Counted from the stretch's first letter, positions 1 to 7,387 are shown. The stretch: 15,777 nucleotides of DNA from Candidatus Sumerlaeia bacterium (GCA_038208905.1 JBBQYG010000089.1:1-15777), one strand, 5' to 3'. Notes: a model not told the origin generated them from the letters alone. Translations and numbers: made by a program.

Positions 1-25
1 GATCGGGTACCTCGGGTGACGAGTC

Positions 26-409
26 TTATCCGCGCGTATACGAGCCTTGAAATTGGTCGGACAGCGTCTGACCAATTGCAAGGACGACCGGAGCCAAGCC
101 GGGATCCAGCGAGACCAGTTCGGGCCATCCCAAGTAGAACAGCCGCGTCGTCTTCAGATTGCTAACGGCCCCCCTCCCGAACTCCGCCGCAAGCGCCTCG
201 GAGAGATGCTGAAGCGTCTCCTTGCCATAAGCCGCCCGCTTAGCGTCGGCCTACTCGTGCTCGAAGATGAGCCGCCCGATCTCGAAGTCGGTCAGCACCT
301 GCAGCCGATTGACGTTCGCCGCTGCCGCGCGGCGAGCGGCCTGGACCAACGCGCGCACCTGACCAACGAGCGGCCCGAGCGCGCGCCTAGAGGACGGCTT
401 CGCGTCCAT
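26..409 (-). pseudogene. DUF1016 / YhcG-family N-terminal domain remnant (in-frame TAG at 253-251; ends before any nuclease domain)
   Basis: Manual translation from ATG 409 (GAGGT 7 nt upstream): MDAKPSSRRALGPLVGQVRALVQAARRAAAANVNRLQVLTDFEIGRLIFEHE*ADAKRAAYGKETLQHLSEALAAEFGRGAVSNLKTTRLFYLGWPE...IGQTLSDQFQGSYTRG* (TAA 28-26). The motifs EIGRLI.EHE, RA.YGK..L..LS..L..EFGRG and NL...R.FY match the DUF1016 N-terminal consensus on both sides of the stop. Confidence 0.8.
47..81. repeat. 35-bp imperfect palindrome inside the DUF1016 remnant
   Basis: TTGAAATTGGTCGGAC-AGC-GTCTGACCAATTGCAA; 14 of 16 arm positions are complementary. Confidence 0.85.
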
Positions 410-536
410 CTTATCGACCTCGAAGAACTGGGCGATGAGGAGTGCCCCACCCACTCCCCCATTGCCTCCCCCTCCTCCGCGCCATCCTCATGGCCCCCGC
501 AGCCCAATCACCCCGGCGAAGGACCCTCCCCCACCC

Positions 537-1688
537 ATGAACACGCATCCCCTCGGCATCGACCTGTCGCTGTTTCCCATTCGCGAGAATCTGACTTATG
601 TGAACCACGCGGGGACGTCGCCGATTCCGCGGACGGCGGCGGATCGGTTGAAGCAGTTTGCCGACGAGGTGTCGGGTCATGCGAGTTCGGTGTATGACCA
701 GTGGACGCTGGGCCTGAACGCGACGCGGGCGAGCGCGGCGAGGTTGCTTGGGTGCGACACGGCGGAGGTGGCCTTTGCGCGCAGCACCACGGCGGGGCTG
801 AACCTGGTGGCGCTGGGGATCGACTGGAAGCCGGGCGATGTGATCGTGGCGGAGGAGAAGACCTTTCCCGCGAACTGGATCGGTTGGCGCGACATCGCGG
901 GCGGGCGCGGGGCGGAGCTGTGGTCGTGGCCGGAGCACGCCGATTACAAGTACCATCTGGAGGATCTGGAGGCGCGCCTCAAGCAGGGCGGCGTCCGCCT
1001 GGTCGCGGCGACCAGCGCCAACTTCGCCACGGGCTTTCGTCAGGACATGGAGGCGGTGGGGAAGCTCTGCAAGCAATACGACGCGCTGTTGTGCGTGGAC
1101 GCGATCCAGACGCTGGGCGTGTTCCCGCTGGACGTGAAGAAGTGCCACATCGACTTCCTGGCCGCCGACAGCCACAAGTGGCTGATGGGGCCGGAGGGGG
1201 CGGGGATTTTCTATGTCGCCAAGGAGCGGCTGGAGATGATCGATCCGGCGCTCGTCGGCTGGATGGGGCGGCGCAATTTCGGGCAGTACGAGAAAATGGA
1301 CCATCCGCCGGACCCGACCGCGCGCCGCTTCGAGGAGGGCTCGCCCAACGTGGCGGGTACGCTGGCGATGGGCGAGTCGCTGCGGTTCCTTCTGGAGACC
1401 GGCATCGACCGCATCGCCGTCCACAACCAGTCGATCTGCCGCGTGCTGCGCGAGGGCCTGGCGGACCTCGGCTGGTCGGTGGCCACGCCCGCCGCCGCCG
1501 ACTGCTCGGCCTCCATCATCGCGGCCCACCGCCCGGGCGTGGACTCCCAGGCTACCGCGTCGGCGATGTGGAAGGAGGGCAAGGTCTGGGCCGCCGCCCG
1601 CCGCGGATTCCTGCGCATTTCTCCCCACGTCTATCAGACGGAGGATGACATGCGGCACATTCTGGAGACGGTGAAGAAGGTGATGTAG
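537..1688 (+). CDS. Aminotransferase class V, PLP-dependent enzyme (cysteine desulfurase/cystine lyase-like)
   Basis: Motifs YVNHAGTSP, EVAFARSTTAGLNLVA, LCVDAIQTLG, DFLAADSHKWLMGPEGAG (PLP lysine), RRFEEGSPN and LRISPHVY. The start is placed at ATG 537 (GAAGGA upstream) because the extension to 435 is only poly-Pro low complexity. Confidence 0.93.
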   Translation: MNTHPLGIDLSLFPIRENLTYVNHAGTSPIPRTAADRLKQFADEVSGHASSVYDQWTLGLNATRASAARLLGCDTAEVAFARSTTAGLNLVALGIDWKPGDVIVAEEKTFPANWIGWRDIAGGRGAELWSWPEHADYKYHLEDLEARLKQGGVRLVAATSANFATGFRQDMEAVGKLCKQYDALLCVDAIQTLGVFPLDVKKCHIDFLAADSHKWLMGPEGAGIFYVAKERLEMIDPALVGWMGRRNFGQYEKMDHPPDPTARRFEEGSPNVAGTLAMGESLRFLLETGIDRIAVHNQSICRVLREGLADLGWSVATPAAADCSASIIAAHRPGVDSQATASAMWKEGKVWAAARRGFLRISPHVYQTEDDMRHILETVKKVM

Positions 1689-1734
1689 CGAGGCTAAGGC
1701 GGGAGCGTGTAGTCCCCTGTGTGGCGCACTGCCT

Positions 1735-1779
1735 GTAGGATTTCGATACCCAAGTTGCATTATGGTATCGGAATTCTAC
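1735..1779. repeat. REP-like hairpin bounded by GTAG...CTAC, 46 nt after the aminotransferase stop
   Basis: GTAGGATTTCGATACC-N13-GGTATCGGAATTCTAC: a 16-bp stem with 14 Watson-Crick pairs and 2 G-T pairs. Confidence 0.7.
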
Positions 1780-1809
1780 GACCCTTTCAGTTGTGGCGAA
1801 GCCATGCCG

Positions 1810-2019
1810 AAGAAAACGGCATTCACCACCGAGGTCACAGAGGACACGGAGAAAGGCACTGCGGGTAGCGGGTTATGCTCCCAGATCATCTGTGTGGGGA
1901 GAATGGGAGGCCGTGTTGGAAAGGGCCTTCGTTCTTCGGATTGTCTGTATAGGCATCTATACAAGGGCGCCGGACTGGCTCCGTGCTCTCCGCGCACTCC
2001 GTGGCGGAATGCTTTTCTT
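1810..2019. repeat. MITE/REPIN-like element: long imperfect terminal inverted repeats made of 9-nt CACGGAGNN-type units
   Basis: Left arm 1819-1851 GCATTCACCACCGAGGTCACAGAGGACACGGAG matches the reverse complement of 1979-2012 (GCATTCCGCCACGGAGTGCGCGGAGAGCACGGAG) at 25/33 positions with one gap. Outer AAGAAAA/TTTTCTT extend the match. The spacer is ~127 bp. Confidence 0.7.
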
Positions 2020-2130
2020 GCGGGTCCAGAGTCGGCAATAATGAAGTGAAGAACGACCCCAGACAAACCAAGACGATTCCGGACGCGCCCTGGGAAGCAC
2101 GGAGGGGGGGGATCTTGGGACATATCGTCC

Positions 2131-2364
2131 CTAGGATCCGAGAGTTTCTGCGAAGCGATCCCAATCAGTCACCGCGTAGTGATCAAAATTGATGGACTCT
2201 TTGCGAGGTCCCCTATTGTTTGAACTACGGTACTCGAGGCATTCAGCATAGTCGAGAATCTGGTCTCGAACGCTAGGCATGGCCGACTTGCCCTCTTTGA
2301 TTTCCACGATTACAAAGTCGTTGGCTCCGCGCCCTAGCAGCAGATGTATTCGGCGGCCAAGGGT
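2131..2364 (-). pseudogene. Startless PD-(D/E)xK nuclease-like (NucS/EndoMS C-terminal-like) fragment
   Basis: Manual translation: TLGRRIHLLLGRGANDFVIVEIKEGKSAMPSVRDQILDYAECLEY...FAETLGS*. This fits the RIDLL...hVIVEhK...QhxxY pattern, with His at the usual Asp position. A TGA lies immediately upstream and no proper start precedes the motif. Confidence 0.5.
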
Positions 2365-2427
2365 TCAAATTCTGGCAATGCGGAATTATTTGTGGAGAAG
2401 GCCCGATGCGCACCTACTGTGAAAGTC

Positions 2428-2442
2428 CCCCGACCTTCGGGG
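2428..2442 (-). terminator. Possible weak terminator hairpin after the HEAT-repeat gene
   Basis: The minus strand reads CCCCGA-AGG-TCGGGG followed by GACTTTC, about 36 nt after the stop at 2479. The U-tract is short. Confidence 0.25.
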
Positions 2443-2478
2443 TGTAAAGCGGCTGGCACCCCTCGCGATTGCTCCCTC

Positions 2479-2943
2479 CTACTTCGCCGCGTCCGCATCC
2501 CCGTCGGCGGGCGTCGCGCCGTCGCGGGCGTGTTTCTGCAGGCGCCTCACCACGGTGAGAATCTCGCGGCGCAGGGTGTTGCTGGTCTGGTCGCCGAAGC
2601 TGCGTTCCAGCGCGGCGAGGGCGACGGAGTCGCCGGCGCCGTGGAGGCCGAGGGCGGCGACGGCGGCCTTGCGGACGAAGGGGCTCTCGTCCCGGAGGGA
2701 TTTCACGAGGAAGGGGGTGGCTTCGGGAAAGGGGTCGCTCATCTCCCCCAGGGCGTGGGCGGCGAGGAGGCGGACCTCGACCCGGCGGTCGCTTAGGGCG
2801 TGGAGGACTCGCAGCACCACCTCGCGGTCGAAGCAGCGCCGGTCCGTGACGGATGCAATGGAGTCGAACAACTCGAGTGGGTCATCGCCCCCCGCGCGGA
2901 GGAGTCCCTTCTCGGCGTCGGGCACCAAGTTGAGCGTAAACAT
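2479..2943 (-). CDS. HEAT-repeat (PBS lyase HEAT-like) protein, 154 aa
   Basis: Tandem HEAT motifs LHALSDRRVEVRLLAAHALGEM and FLVKSLRDESPFVRKAAVAALGLHG, plus a degenerate third repeat. Confidence 0.85.
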   Translation of the reverse strand: MFTLNLVPDAEKGLLRAGGDDPLELFDSIASVTDRRCFDREVVLRVLHALSDRRVEVRLLAAHALGEMSDPFPEATPFLVKSLRDESPFVRKAAVAALGLHGAGDSVALAALERSFGDQTSNTLRREILTVVRRLQKHARDGATPADGDADAAK

Positions 2944-3286
2944 ATCGAGAATCCCTCACTCGCAATCGTCTTCTCGACTGGGGAAGGAAAGAATCGTACC
3001 GACACAACATCGCACTGCGGTGCTGGCGGGGAACCTTGATTCCACTCGATTTGGGCGCGAGTGGATCGTCACCGGGCTGAAACTTGTATGGATTGGAGTC
3101 TCAGCGTGAGACCCAAGCCCGGATTTCACGCGAGCCTTTCGCTCCGGCACCGAGCCGCCCCGCAAACTGCGGCCTCCCGCCGTCTCGTCGCCGCTGATGT
3201 GCCCCGGCACACGGCACTCAACGACGGAAAGACCTGATAGTGCGGGCGCTTCTTCGCCTCGCCTGAAAGTTTGTGGGAAACCCGGG

Positions 3287-4414
3287 CTAACAGAGCAGGC
3301 GATAGATATCGCGGACGCGCTCCGCTGCCTCCCGCCAGTCGAACTGGTGGGCCCGGGCGTGGCCCCGTGCGATCAGGTCCTCGCGGAGGCTGGCCGAGCC
3401 GAGGATGCGGATCAGCGCCGCCGCGATGTCCTCGGGTTCGTCGGGATTCACAAACTCGGCGGCGTTGCCACAGATCTCCGGCAGGGCGCCAGACCGCCCG
3501 GCGATCACGGGGACGCCGGCGGCCATCGCCTCCAGGGCGGGGAAGCCAAATCCCTCGTACTTGGTGGGAAACAGGAACACCCGCGCCGAGCCCAGGATTG
3601 CCCGCTGGTCCGCTGGCGGAATCTGGTCCAGCACGCGGACGCGCGATTCCCGGTCCAGATTCTTGATCACGCGCTCCACGTCGCGATAGAATCGGTCCTT
3701 CTTCACGATCAGGAGCAGGTCGGTGTCCTCCTCCTCCGCCTGGCGGATGAGCAAGTCGAACCCGCGCACGATATTGAGCAGGTTCTTGTTGGGGCGCGTG
3801 GATCCGTAGTACAGGAGATAGGGCCGCTGAAGCTGATACCGCTTCTGCACCTCGCGGGGGTCGCGCTCGGGTGGTTCGAAGAGGCTCTTGTCCAGGCCCG
3901 AGTTGATGACGATCAGCTTGGGGATCTCCGCGGGAAAAAACTCCTTCACCAAGTCCTGGGTGTGATAGCTGACGGAGATGATCCACTTCGCGCGCTTGAG
4001 CACCGCCGGATAGGCGTACCCATAGAACATGCGATAGGCGAGTTGGATCCACGGCATCCGCCGCGCGGAGAACTCCGGGTCCACAAACGGTTGCAAGTCG
4101 TGAATCGTCACCATCAACGGCGTCCGCATCGCCAGCGGCGCCAGCGGGAAGAGGCTGTGTACCAAGTCCACGCGAAGCGAGTCGATGTAGTTTCCCAGCG
4201 CCGCCAGCGTCGCCACGCTGACGGGCTTGGGCGAGTAGCTGATCAGGCGGAAGTTTGGGCCGACGGTAAGCCCCGCGCCGAACCCGGGGCGCACGAGCAC
4301 GTAGTACTCGTTCTCCGAGTCCACGCGGGAGAGGTTTTCGATCAGGTTCTGTGAATACGTGCCGATGCCGCTGAAGGAGCCGTCGAGATAGCGCGCGTCG
4401 ATGAGGATCTTCAT
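3287..4414 (-). CDS. Glycosyltransferase family 4 (GT-B fold), 375 aa
   Basis: N-terminal MKILIDARY...SGIGTY; VTIHDL; IISVSYHTQDL; YYGSTRPNKN; FLFPTKYEGFGFPALEAMAAGVPVI (EX7E motif); C-terminal FDWREAAERV. Confidence 0.95.
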   Translation of the reverse strand: MKILIDARYLDGSFSGIGTYSQNLIENLSRVDSENEYYVLVRPGFGAGLTVGPNFRLISYSPKPVSVATLAALGNYIDSLRVDLVHSLFPLAPLAMRTPLMVTIHDLQPFVDPEFSARRMPWIQLAYRMFYGYAYPAVLKRAKWIISVSYHTQDLVKEFFPAEIPKLIVINSGLDKSLFEPPERDPREVQKRYQLQRPYLLYYGSTRPNKNLLNIVRGFDLLIRQAEEEDTDLLLIVKKDRFYRDVERVIKNLDRESRVRVLDQIPPADQRAILGSARVFLFPTKYEGFGFPALEAMAAGVPVIAGRSGALPEICGNAAEFVNPDEPEDIAAALIRILGSASLREDLIARGHARAHQFDWREAAERVRDIYRLLC

Positions 4415-4444
4415 TCGGTGATCCGCGCGCCCGCCGGGGGCATG

Positions 4445-4588
4445 TCAGTGATGATCGTGATGGTCCGCGCCCTGGTCGCCCTCGTCCTCGGCATGGTCCA
4501 GCTTCAACAGCGTGGCGAGCAATATAGTGCAGCCCACCACCGCGGAGGTAAGCAGGAAAGCCAGCATGAAGATCTGTTTGGGTTCCAT
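4445..4588 (-). CDS. Small single-pass membrane protein (47 aa) with an acidic/His-rich tail
   Basis: Manual translation: MEPKQIFMLAFLLTSAVVGCTILLATLLKLDHAEDEGDQGADHHDHH*. It is co-oriented with its neighbours, fills the gap, and ends 30 nt before the GT4 start. No clear RBS. Too short for the ORF track. Confidence 0.65.
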   Translation of the reverse strand: MEPKQIFMLAFLLTSAVVGCTILLATLLKLDHAEDEGDQGADHHDHH

Positions 4589-4681
4589 CGGCGGCACGAT
4601 CCGGGATACGGGAATGACCTTCGCAATACGGCCGAAGGGTGTGGATCGTGCCGGGCGGAAGGCAACCCGATTCTGTAATCT

Positions 4682-7387
4682 CTAATGGAGCATCCACATC
4701 GTGGCGTTGGTATTCGCCACGGTGACGGTGCCGCCCAGCCCGGAAAGGCCATCGACCGTGGCGCCGTTCCCACGGACGATATTTGTGATCCGGGCATCCC
4801 CGCTGACGCCGAGCATGGCCTGGCCGAGGCCGATCGCGCGGAGCTGGATCGTGGCAAAGGCAAGCGTTCCCGGGCGGTCGGTGTCGGAAAGCCCCGCCAG
4901 ATCCACCCCGCCCGTGAAGGGATTCATCACCGTTGCCTGGTTGAAGATCAGCGGATTCACCTGGCCGCCGGCCACCTGCAGGATATCCGGCGGAAAGGTG
5001 AGTCGCGTTCCCGCCGCGCGGATGGCGTTGGGGCCGGTCTCGATCACCAGATTGACGGAGAACTCCTGGTTGAGGACCACGTTGGAGGGGAAGTTCTGAA
5101 TGCTGAGGGAAATGGTGTCGCCCTTGGCGTCGGAGAGGTCCTCGCCCACAAGCGACTTGCCGAACTCGCCCAAGTTGCAGGGCACCTCCACAAGCAGGCA
5201 ACCCGGCGCGCCGACGTACTCGCTGAATAGCTTGAGCCCCACGGTGTCGAGGTCGGCGCTCGTGACCAGGCCGTTGCCGTTGGCGTCGCCACGCCCCCGG
5301 CATTCGACGCAGGTATAGTCGGCGCCGAGGTTGCTCTGAACGAAGACCAGATCGGCGGCGTTGACGAACAGGCTCAGGTCCGCGTCGCCCTGATACCCCG
5401 CCACGATCGGCGGATCCGTCTGGCTGGGATTGGTGCCGTTGTCCTGCTCCTCGATGTTGGGCAGGCCGTCTCCATCGGAGTCGTCGTTGGCGCCCTCGTT
5501 CTGGTTGCCGAAGTTGAAGATCTCCCAATCGTCGTCCAGCCCGTCGCCGTCGCTATCCACGAACGGCGGAACGGCCCCGGGCGCGCGGGAAACGATGCCC
5601 ACCACTTGGGCACGGGGGGACGATTCGCTGCAGTTGTCCACATTCACGACGGCGCGAAGGACCACGGAGCTGTTGTCGGCAAACGTATCGGCCAGCCCGG
5701 TGAGGCGATACGTCGTGCCATTGGCCGTAAGCCGGAACCCCGAGGGCGCGGCGATGATCGTGCCGGAAAGCACCGTCTCCGCGGGGGCAAGCGTCGCGAA
5801 GAATGCGTCCACTTGGGCGGCCACGAAGGGGAAGTTCGTGATGCGCACGCCGGCGGGAATCTTGAGCGGGTCGATGGCCTCTCCCGAAAAAACAGAGGCG
5901 ATCTGGCGGTTCATGGAGATCTCTCCCGGCGAGGTCGCGAACCGGAAGTAGTCGGTGACGACGGCGATCATCTCCGGCGTGACGGCGGCCTCGATGGCGG
6001 TAAGCAGCAACGCCTCGTTGCGCTTGGCGCGCAGGGACAGGACCACCTCGGGCGGCGGGCCTTCGTTCTCCACGCCGGGCAGGTAGCTCTCGCCCATTTC
6101 GCGCTCGTAGTAGTGATTGAGCAGGAACGCCGCCGCCGTGGAGCGCGGATCGACGGCCTTGCCATTGATCGCACGCAGGATCGCGGCATCGTACTGCAGG
6201 CGATACGCCGTGCGCCATGTGGCCAGCGTGGTTGACTGGTTGCAGAAGGCCGCCGCATCGATACACAGGCCACGCGGCGCAATCGCGGCCAGAAGCTGGC
6301 GCCCGCTGCCATCCAGCGCCTTTGCGCGGATCAGGTGGAATTGTTCGCCGGAGGTGCGGATGCCGAAATTGGCGGCGGTCTGCACGGGCGAGGACATTGC
6401 AAGGCCGCCCGGTGTCAGGACCTCCACCGCATAGGAAGCAGGATAGGGCTTCAGCGGAACCGGCGCGCCCGGCGGCATCACGCCCGCCGACGTGGGGGCA
6501 ACCGCGCCGCCCACCGTCAGCTCGACTACATCCAGCGACGGAGCCGCGGGAAACGAATTCACATCGCCCGCCGCGGTTGCGCGCAGCGTCTCGTCCAGCG
6601 TGGACCAATTGTCGCCATCCGTGTCCGCGAACTGCGGCGCCACGCTCATCGGGAGAATCGTGGGCGCGCCGCGCAGCAACTCGTCCAGGTCGTTGATGTT
6701 GTTGCCATTCGCGTCGCCCTGGGCGATGAATGGATCCGTGCCGACCACGACCTCGATGCGGTCGGGGATGGCGTCGCCATCCACGTCCGAACAGGGGAGC
6801 GAATCGATTGTATAGACAACGGTCTTGGTGGGGCCCGTGTCGCCGCCGCGCACGCCGCGATAGGCGACCGTGGTGGTCTGGACAACGGTGATGGCGCTGG
6901 AATCCCAATCCTGAAACCCGCCGCCGTTAATCGCATACTGTACCGTCGTTAGCGCATCGGGCGTCTGGAACCGCACGCGCTGCGGAGTCAGATAAGTCCC
7001 CGGATTCGGCGTCGCCAGCGCGCCGGTGAAGTCATACACGCCCGGCGCCCCGAAGAAGGACACCGCGCGGTCGGCGGCCACCTGATTGATCGAAACGAAC
7101 ACCCCCGGCGGAGCGACCTGCTCCACCACGAGGTTCGACTGCGGTGCAAAGCCCGTGGCCGCGCTGGTCGTGTCGCGGGCGACCGTGACCTGGCCCCCGT
7201 TGTAGGGAACAGCGATCCCCCTCACATAGCCGGGAACAAGGCGCCCCACCAGGGGGTAAGCCTCCGGATCGGTGTCGGGATTGCCGCTGTAGAAAAACAC
7301 GTTGCTCGTGGGCGCCTGGGCGCCAGCAAAGCCGACCGACGCGGCGACGAGGAGGAGCGAGGCGAGATACCGGCTGTTGAGTCGCAC
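4682..7387 (-). CDS. Secreted modular protein: Ig-like (CHB_HEX_C/Fn3-associated-like) module, TSP3-like Ca-binding repeats, dockerin-like and cohesin-like domains
   Basis: Start GTG 7387 with AAGGAG 6 nt upstream (alternative ATG 7432 overlaps the upstream stop as ATGA). Signal peptide RLNSRYLASLLLVAASVGFAGA|Q. Ig-like TPNPGTYLTPQRVRF...VQYAING...TTTVAYRGV. Repeats DVDGDAIPDRIE, DTDGDNWSTLDE, DSDGDGLDDDWE and DSDGDGLPNIEEQDNGTNP. Duplicated GDADLSLFVNAADL / GDANGNGLVTSADL. Cohesin-like VVLNQEFSVNLVI...LTFPPDILQV...LAFATIQLRAIGLGQAML. Confidence 0.88.
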   Translation of the reverse strand: MRLNSRYLASLLLVAASVGFAGAQAPTSNVFFYSGNPDTDPEAYPLVGRLVPGYVRGIAVPYNGGQVTVARDTTSAATGFAPQSNLVVEQVAPPGVFVSINQVAADRAVSFFGAPGVYDFTGALATPNPGTYLTPQRVRFQTPDALTTVQYAINGGGFQDWDSSAITVVQTTTVAYRGVRGGDTGPTKTVVYTIDSLPCSDVDGDAIPDRIEVVVGTDPFIAQGDANGNNINDLDELLRGAPTILPMSVAPQFADTDGDNWSTLDETLRATAAGDVNSFPAAPSLDVVELTVGGAVAPTSAGVMPPGAPVPLKPYPASYAVEVLTPGGLAMSSPVQTAANFGIRTSGEQFHLIRAKALDGSGRQLLAAIAPRGLCIDAAAFCNQSTTLATWRTAYRLQYDAAILRAINGKAVDPRSTAAAFLLNHYYEREMGESYLPGVENEGPPPEVVLSLRAKRNEALLLTAIEAAVTPEMIAVVTDYFRFATSPGEISMNRQIASVFSGEAIDPLKIPAGVRITNFPFVAAQVDAFFATLAPAETVLSGTIIAAPSGFRLTANGTTYRLTGLADTFADNSSVVLRAVVNVDNCSESSPRAQVVGIVSRAPGAVPPFVDSDGDGLDDDWEIFNFGNQNEGANDDSDGDGLPNIEEQDNGTNPSQTDPPIVAGYQGDADLSLFVNAADLVFVQSNLGADYTCVECRGRGDANGNGLVTSADLDTVGLKLFSEYVGAPGCLLVEVPCNLGEFGKSLVGEDLSDAKGDTISLSIQNFPSNVVLNQEFSVNLVIETGPNAIRAAGTRLTFPPDILQVAGGQVNPLIFNQATVMNPFTGGVDLAGLSDTDRPGTLAFATIQLRAIGLGQAMLGVSGDARITNIVRGNGATVDGLSGLGGTVTVANTNATMWMLH

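Noticed and set aside
251-253. Amber read-through, pyrrolysine or alternative genetic code
   Set aside because: TAG clearly ends other genes in the window at their natural C-termini, and no pyl genes are visible.
411-1760. 449-aa minus-strand ORF and the 701..1648 + ORF
   Set aside because: Antisense or off-frame shadows of the class V aminotransferase.
1762-2192. Several short ORFs (1762..2049, 1776..2123, 1793..2041, 1886..2164, 1983..2192)
   Set aside because: They are mutually overlapping, partly derived from translating the inverted repeats, and show no recognisable protein features.
26-2364. Idea that the DUF1016 N-terminal remnant and the nuclease fragment are two halves of one gene split by the aminotransferase
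   Set aside because: On the minus strand the nuclease fragment lies upstream of the N-terminal piece, which is the wrong order for a simple insertion.
1689-2478. CRISPR array, tRNA or attC cassette array in the long gap
   Set aside because: No regularly spaced direct repeats, no cloverleaf or T-loop signature, and no convincing RYYYAAC...GTTRRRY pair were found.
3126-5528. 800-aa minus-strand ORF
   Set aside because: Arg/Gly/Pro-rich off-frame shadow overlapping the GT4 gene, the small peptide and the dockerin/cohesin gene; no motifs. This is typical of high-GC DNA.
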